Below, in pieces: positions 56,197-59,081 of a stretch of DNA of 59,081 bases. The stretch is from a virus. Its lineage: Duplodnaviria > Caudoviricetes. The DNA is taken from positions 1-59,081 of IMG/VR virus record IMGVR_UViG_3300033143_004027; one strand, 5' to 3'. The translations under genes and the position numbers were made by a program. Every line of letters begins with the position of its first letter. Position 1 is the first letter of the stretch. The notes below the pieces were generated by a model. That model saw nothing but the letters and a program-made list of their open reading frames with translations. It made no database searches and was not told the DNA's origin.

Positions 56197-56916
56197 TCAT
56201 TTCAGATAAACAGCTAAGTCCTCCTTGAACGTAAATCGCACGGGTAGGCCGCTGAGCAGGCTGTGTGCCTCGCATGCGAACCCTGCCCAGTCTATGGTCT
56301 TGGCGTGGGGGTGATAGTTCAGCTTGCCGACGCGGATTTCATTGCAGAAAGGATGGGCATATTCAATCAACTCAAGCGCCTGTTCGGGTTCAATAACTGG
56401 TTCTACTGAGAGCCAGGTTGGTATGCCACGCTTATGTGCTACCTTAATGGGCCATAGTCGTTCACCCGCCGGGCTAGCTCCAGGTTCCCATTGCCGACGC
56501 AAGTCATCATCCATCCAGCAAGAGGAGACAGCCATCGTACCCCGCCCTTCCGCCAACAAGTCCAGGTCTCTTAGTGCCCGGCTGCCCCCCTTTGTCAATA
56601 CCGTGAATGCCACATCATTCTCGACGAATATCTCAATGGCCTTGCGGGTGAACCCATCCTCGTGCGGCTGGTATGGGTCGCAAGTAAAGCAGAGTAGCAC
56701 CGAACGTGGGTCACCGCTGAACTCAGCGACCTGCTTGCGCAAGGCCTCCAATACCCCCTGACGGGGTGGTGCAACTATGTGAAAGTCCTCTCTGCTTTTG
56801 TGAATTGTCGGCGGGACATAGCAGTATTTACAACCGTGTGAACAAGTTAGCCAAAGATTACAGGCCAGTGGTGCATATTCCCACGCCCTACCCTTCGGTT
56901 CATAGATTGGTTTCAC
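56197..56916 (-). CDS. Radical SAM protein (SPL-like)
   Basis: CSHGCKYC, CDPYQ, LTK, EPGA....R, SVEPVI. Confidence 0.85.
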   Translation of the reverse strand: MKPIYEPKGRAWEYAPLACNLWLTCSHGCKYCYVPPTIHKSREDFHIVAPPRQGVLEALRKQVAEFSGDPRSVLLCFTCDPYQPHEDGFTRKAIEIFVENDVAFTVLTKGGSRALRDLDLLAEGRGTMAVSSCWMDDDLRRQWEPGASPAGERLWPIKVAHKRGIPTWLSVEPVIEPEQALELIEYAHPFCNEIRVGKLNYHPHAKTIDWAGFACEAHSLLSGLPVRFTFKEDLAVYLK

Positions 56917-57202
56917 TTTGCTGGCCTCCTATATTCCAGTAGTCTCTCTTGCTTCTTCCTCATCCCCGCCTTCGCCGCCCGCAAGTGCCAGGACGGTTGC
57001 CGGTTTACCTGCGCTTGCAATATCAACTCATCCAACCATACATCAAGCTCATTTCTATCCATTGGCTATCATCCTATCTCGTTTAATACCACAATGCCCG
57101 CTGGTTGCGTGAAAACGGCCACTCACGCGATTTCTGCGTGTTGGGCGGGTATTACCCTACCCCGCCATATCTTTTGCTCTACGGGCCCCACAGCGCATTC
57201 TA

Positions 57203-58549
57203 TCAAAACCTTATCGCGTCGGATGTACCGTTTTCATATTTGCTCTCCAACTCGCTAAACCTGCCTGAGGCCCAGTCGGCCCTCAATTCCCACGGTAATA
57301 TCATCGGCCCATATCTCTTGTGCGTGTTGATTAACCGGATGGAATCATGCATCCGTGCCTGCGCCGCCGGCAGGTCTTCATCTGCCGGCCCGCGCTCAAT
57401 CTCCCACACCAAGCTCGCCGCGTGTTGTGCTTCACTTGAGTAGAATGTCTTATGGTCTTCACCACTTATCTGGCTGGCCGTTATAAATGGCATACCAGTG
57501 AGGGAATTGGTTGCTAATATCATCGCCAGGGCGGCCTTGATTTCTTCGGTGCGACCACGTGCCCCTGGGTCTACCATTAACTGCAAGTAATCAATGTAAA
57601 CTGCCTCAGGCTTGGGGTCGTCACTATACCAGTGCGCCAGCACATCGGCTTGTATTTCCTGCACAGTGGTCAGGGTCGTGCTCATAATAATGGGTAGGGA
57701 TGCCAGGTCAGACATTGCCTGAGCTATGGCCTCGGCTTGCTGTGGTGTCTGTTGTGCCGCCCCACCAGCGTCTAAGAGCTTCGCCGGCACTCGTGCCAAG
57801 TATGCCACTGCGTGCTGGAGCCAGCGCGTCTTGTTACCCTCTAACACATAGACTAATACGGGGATGCCAGCGCTGGCTGTCTCCAGTATGGACTGCCTGA
57901 GCAACCGTGTCTTACCATACTTCTCCCGTGCCTTGAACACGACGAACTCCCAATTAGCAAAGCCACCCACTATTCTATCCAGCGACGGGAGGCCCAACCG
58001 CGCCCCCCGCACCTCCTTCGGTTGCTGCATAATCCAATTCTGCCACTCCCAATAATCATCATACTCTACTGATAGCGGCATTGCCATTCCTGTGCCGGTA
58101 GTCCTCGCCCGCACCGCGAAGAGTCGGTCGGCTATCATAGCGATAGTTTCGTTGGCCGCCGCCTGGTCATAGGCGGCACCTGTCAGCTTCTCGCCCAGTG
58201 CAGCCAGTTGACGCAGGATGCTTGCCTCAGCTACTATGCCAGCATACCGCTTGATGTGTTCGGCGGTAAATGGCTTGGCCAGCAGCGCCACCAGATACTC
58301 AGCGCTAATATCTTTGAGCTTGCCCTGCCGCCGGAGTTCCGCTGAGACGGTAATTAGTTCGACGCCCCTGTTACTCGTCTGACAGGTCTCTATCGCTGAG
58401 AATATCTCCTGGTGCGCGCCCAGCCAGAAGTCCTCGCGGCGCAGTATAGCAAGCCCACGCACGGCGGCCTTTGGCGACAACATCATCGCGCCAAGCGTTG
58501 CGGCTTCGGCTTCGAGGTCATGTGGTGGGGTCTTGTCGTCTGGCAGCAT
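57203..58549 (-). CDS. dnaB: DnaB-like replicative helicase
   Basis: PPHDLEAE.A.LG.M, AREKYGKT, IDYLQLM, SQ. Confidence 0.85.
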   Translation of the reverse strand: MLPDDKTPPHDLEAEAATLGAMMLSPKAAVRGLAILRREDFWLGAHQEIFSAIETCQTSNRGVELITVSAELRRQGKLKDISAEYLVALLAKPFTAEHIKRYAGIVAEASILRQLAALGEKLTGAAYDQAAANETIAMIADRLFAVRARTTGTGMAMPLSVEYDDYWEWQNWIMQQPKEVRGARLGLPSLDRIVGGFANWEFVVFKAREKYGKTRLLRQSILETASAGIPVLVYVLEGNKTRWLQHAVAYLARVPAKLLDAGGAAQQTPQQAEAIAQAMSDLASLPIIMSTTLTTVQEIQADVLAHWYSDDPKPEAVYIDYLQLMVDPGARGRTEEIKAALAMILATNSLTGMPFITASQISGEDHKTFYSSEAQHAASLVWEIERGPADEDLPAAQARMHDSIRLINTHKRYGPMILPWELRADWASGRFSELESKYENGTSDAIRF

Positions 58550-58967
58550 TATTCTTCCTCTGCCTTCAAGTGTTTCCTTTGATAGTCAGCCAATTCCCGT
58601 GTGGCGTTTCGTTTCACGGGCGGCGCAGCTTTCCGGTCGTCAATATCCTTCTTCACCTTCACCTGCCGTAGCCAGGCATCTGGGAATGTATCCTCCAGTT
58701 GTGGAGGGTATGCCTGCAATAACTCCCACAAATCAGTTGCGGTCATTGTATCGGTTGCCGAGTTCAACCTATCAAGCCAGAATGTTGACCACTTGACGCG
58801 AAGCTGCTGGTATGTTGCTTTGTCCATAGCCTGCTGCAATAATGCTCGTATGTCGTTGGCGTCATAACCGCTACCAGAATCACACTGCACAATCGGAGGG
58901 ATGTTAGACGAGAAGTCAATCTTTTGGGGCGGTGTACCCCTGGGGTCTACCCTATTGGGTGTACCCT
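58549..58967 (-). CDS. Replication initiator, C-terminal part
   Basis: Frame from the junction reads EEVHPKGTPNRVDPRGTPPQKIDFSSNIPPIVQCDSG into the 58549-58890 ORF. Confidence 0.75.
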
Positions 58968-59078
58968 TGGGGTGTACCTCCTCTCCATCTACGTCTTTCT
59001 CTACCTCTACCTCTACTTCTTGGTGTACCCTTGGGGTGTACCCTATTGGGTCTACCCTATTGGGTCTACCCCTGGGGT
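58968..59078. repeat. Terminal direct repeat, copy 2
   Basis: Identical to 4-114. Confidence 0.9.
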
Positions 59079-59081
59079 GTA

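Overview
This window looks like a complete, circularly assembled genome (~59 kb) of a tailed dsDNA phage, probably a siphovirus. Positions 4-114 are repeated exactly at 58968-59078, and a replication-initiator gene carrying iterons reads through that junction. Essentially all credible genes are on the minus strand. In transcription order they are: DnaB helicase, radical SAM protein, SemiSWEET, two DNA methyltransferases, two sigma-domain genes, a tmRNA-like small RNA, TerS, intein-containing TerL, portal, an HldE-like nucleotidyltransferase and a minor head protein. An accessory island follows (DUF1559 pilin-like, GH123-like, GluRS-like, GNAT). Next come the head genes, a GT9 glycosyltransferase, neck and tail genes, a lysis cassette, and an early region with RecT, an exonuclease and many small ORFs. 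No integrase, repressor or reverse transcriptase was recognised. The DUF1559 gene suggests an Armatimonadota-like or PVC host, which is an inference. The most striking item is an 81-nt RNA gene made only of the tmRNA tRNA-like domain, with no mRNA or tag domain. Also notable are a dispersed heptose-type glycosylation gene set, a motif-degenerate GluRS paralogue next to a GNAT, a split sigma factor in reversed order, and a class-3 intein in TerL. All family assignments come from recognising motifs by eye; no searches were run.
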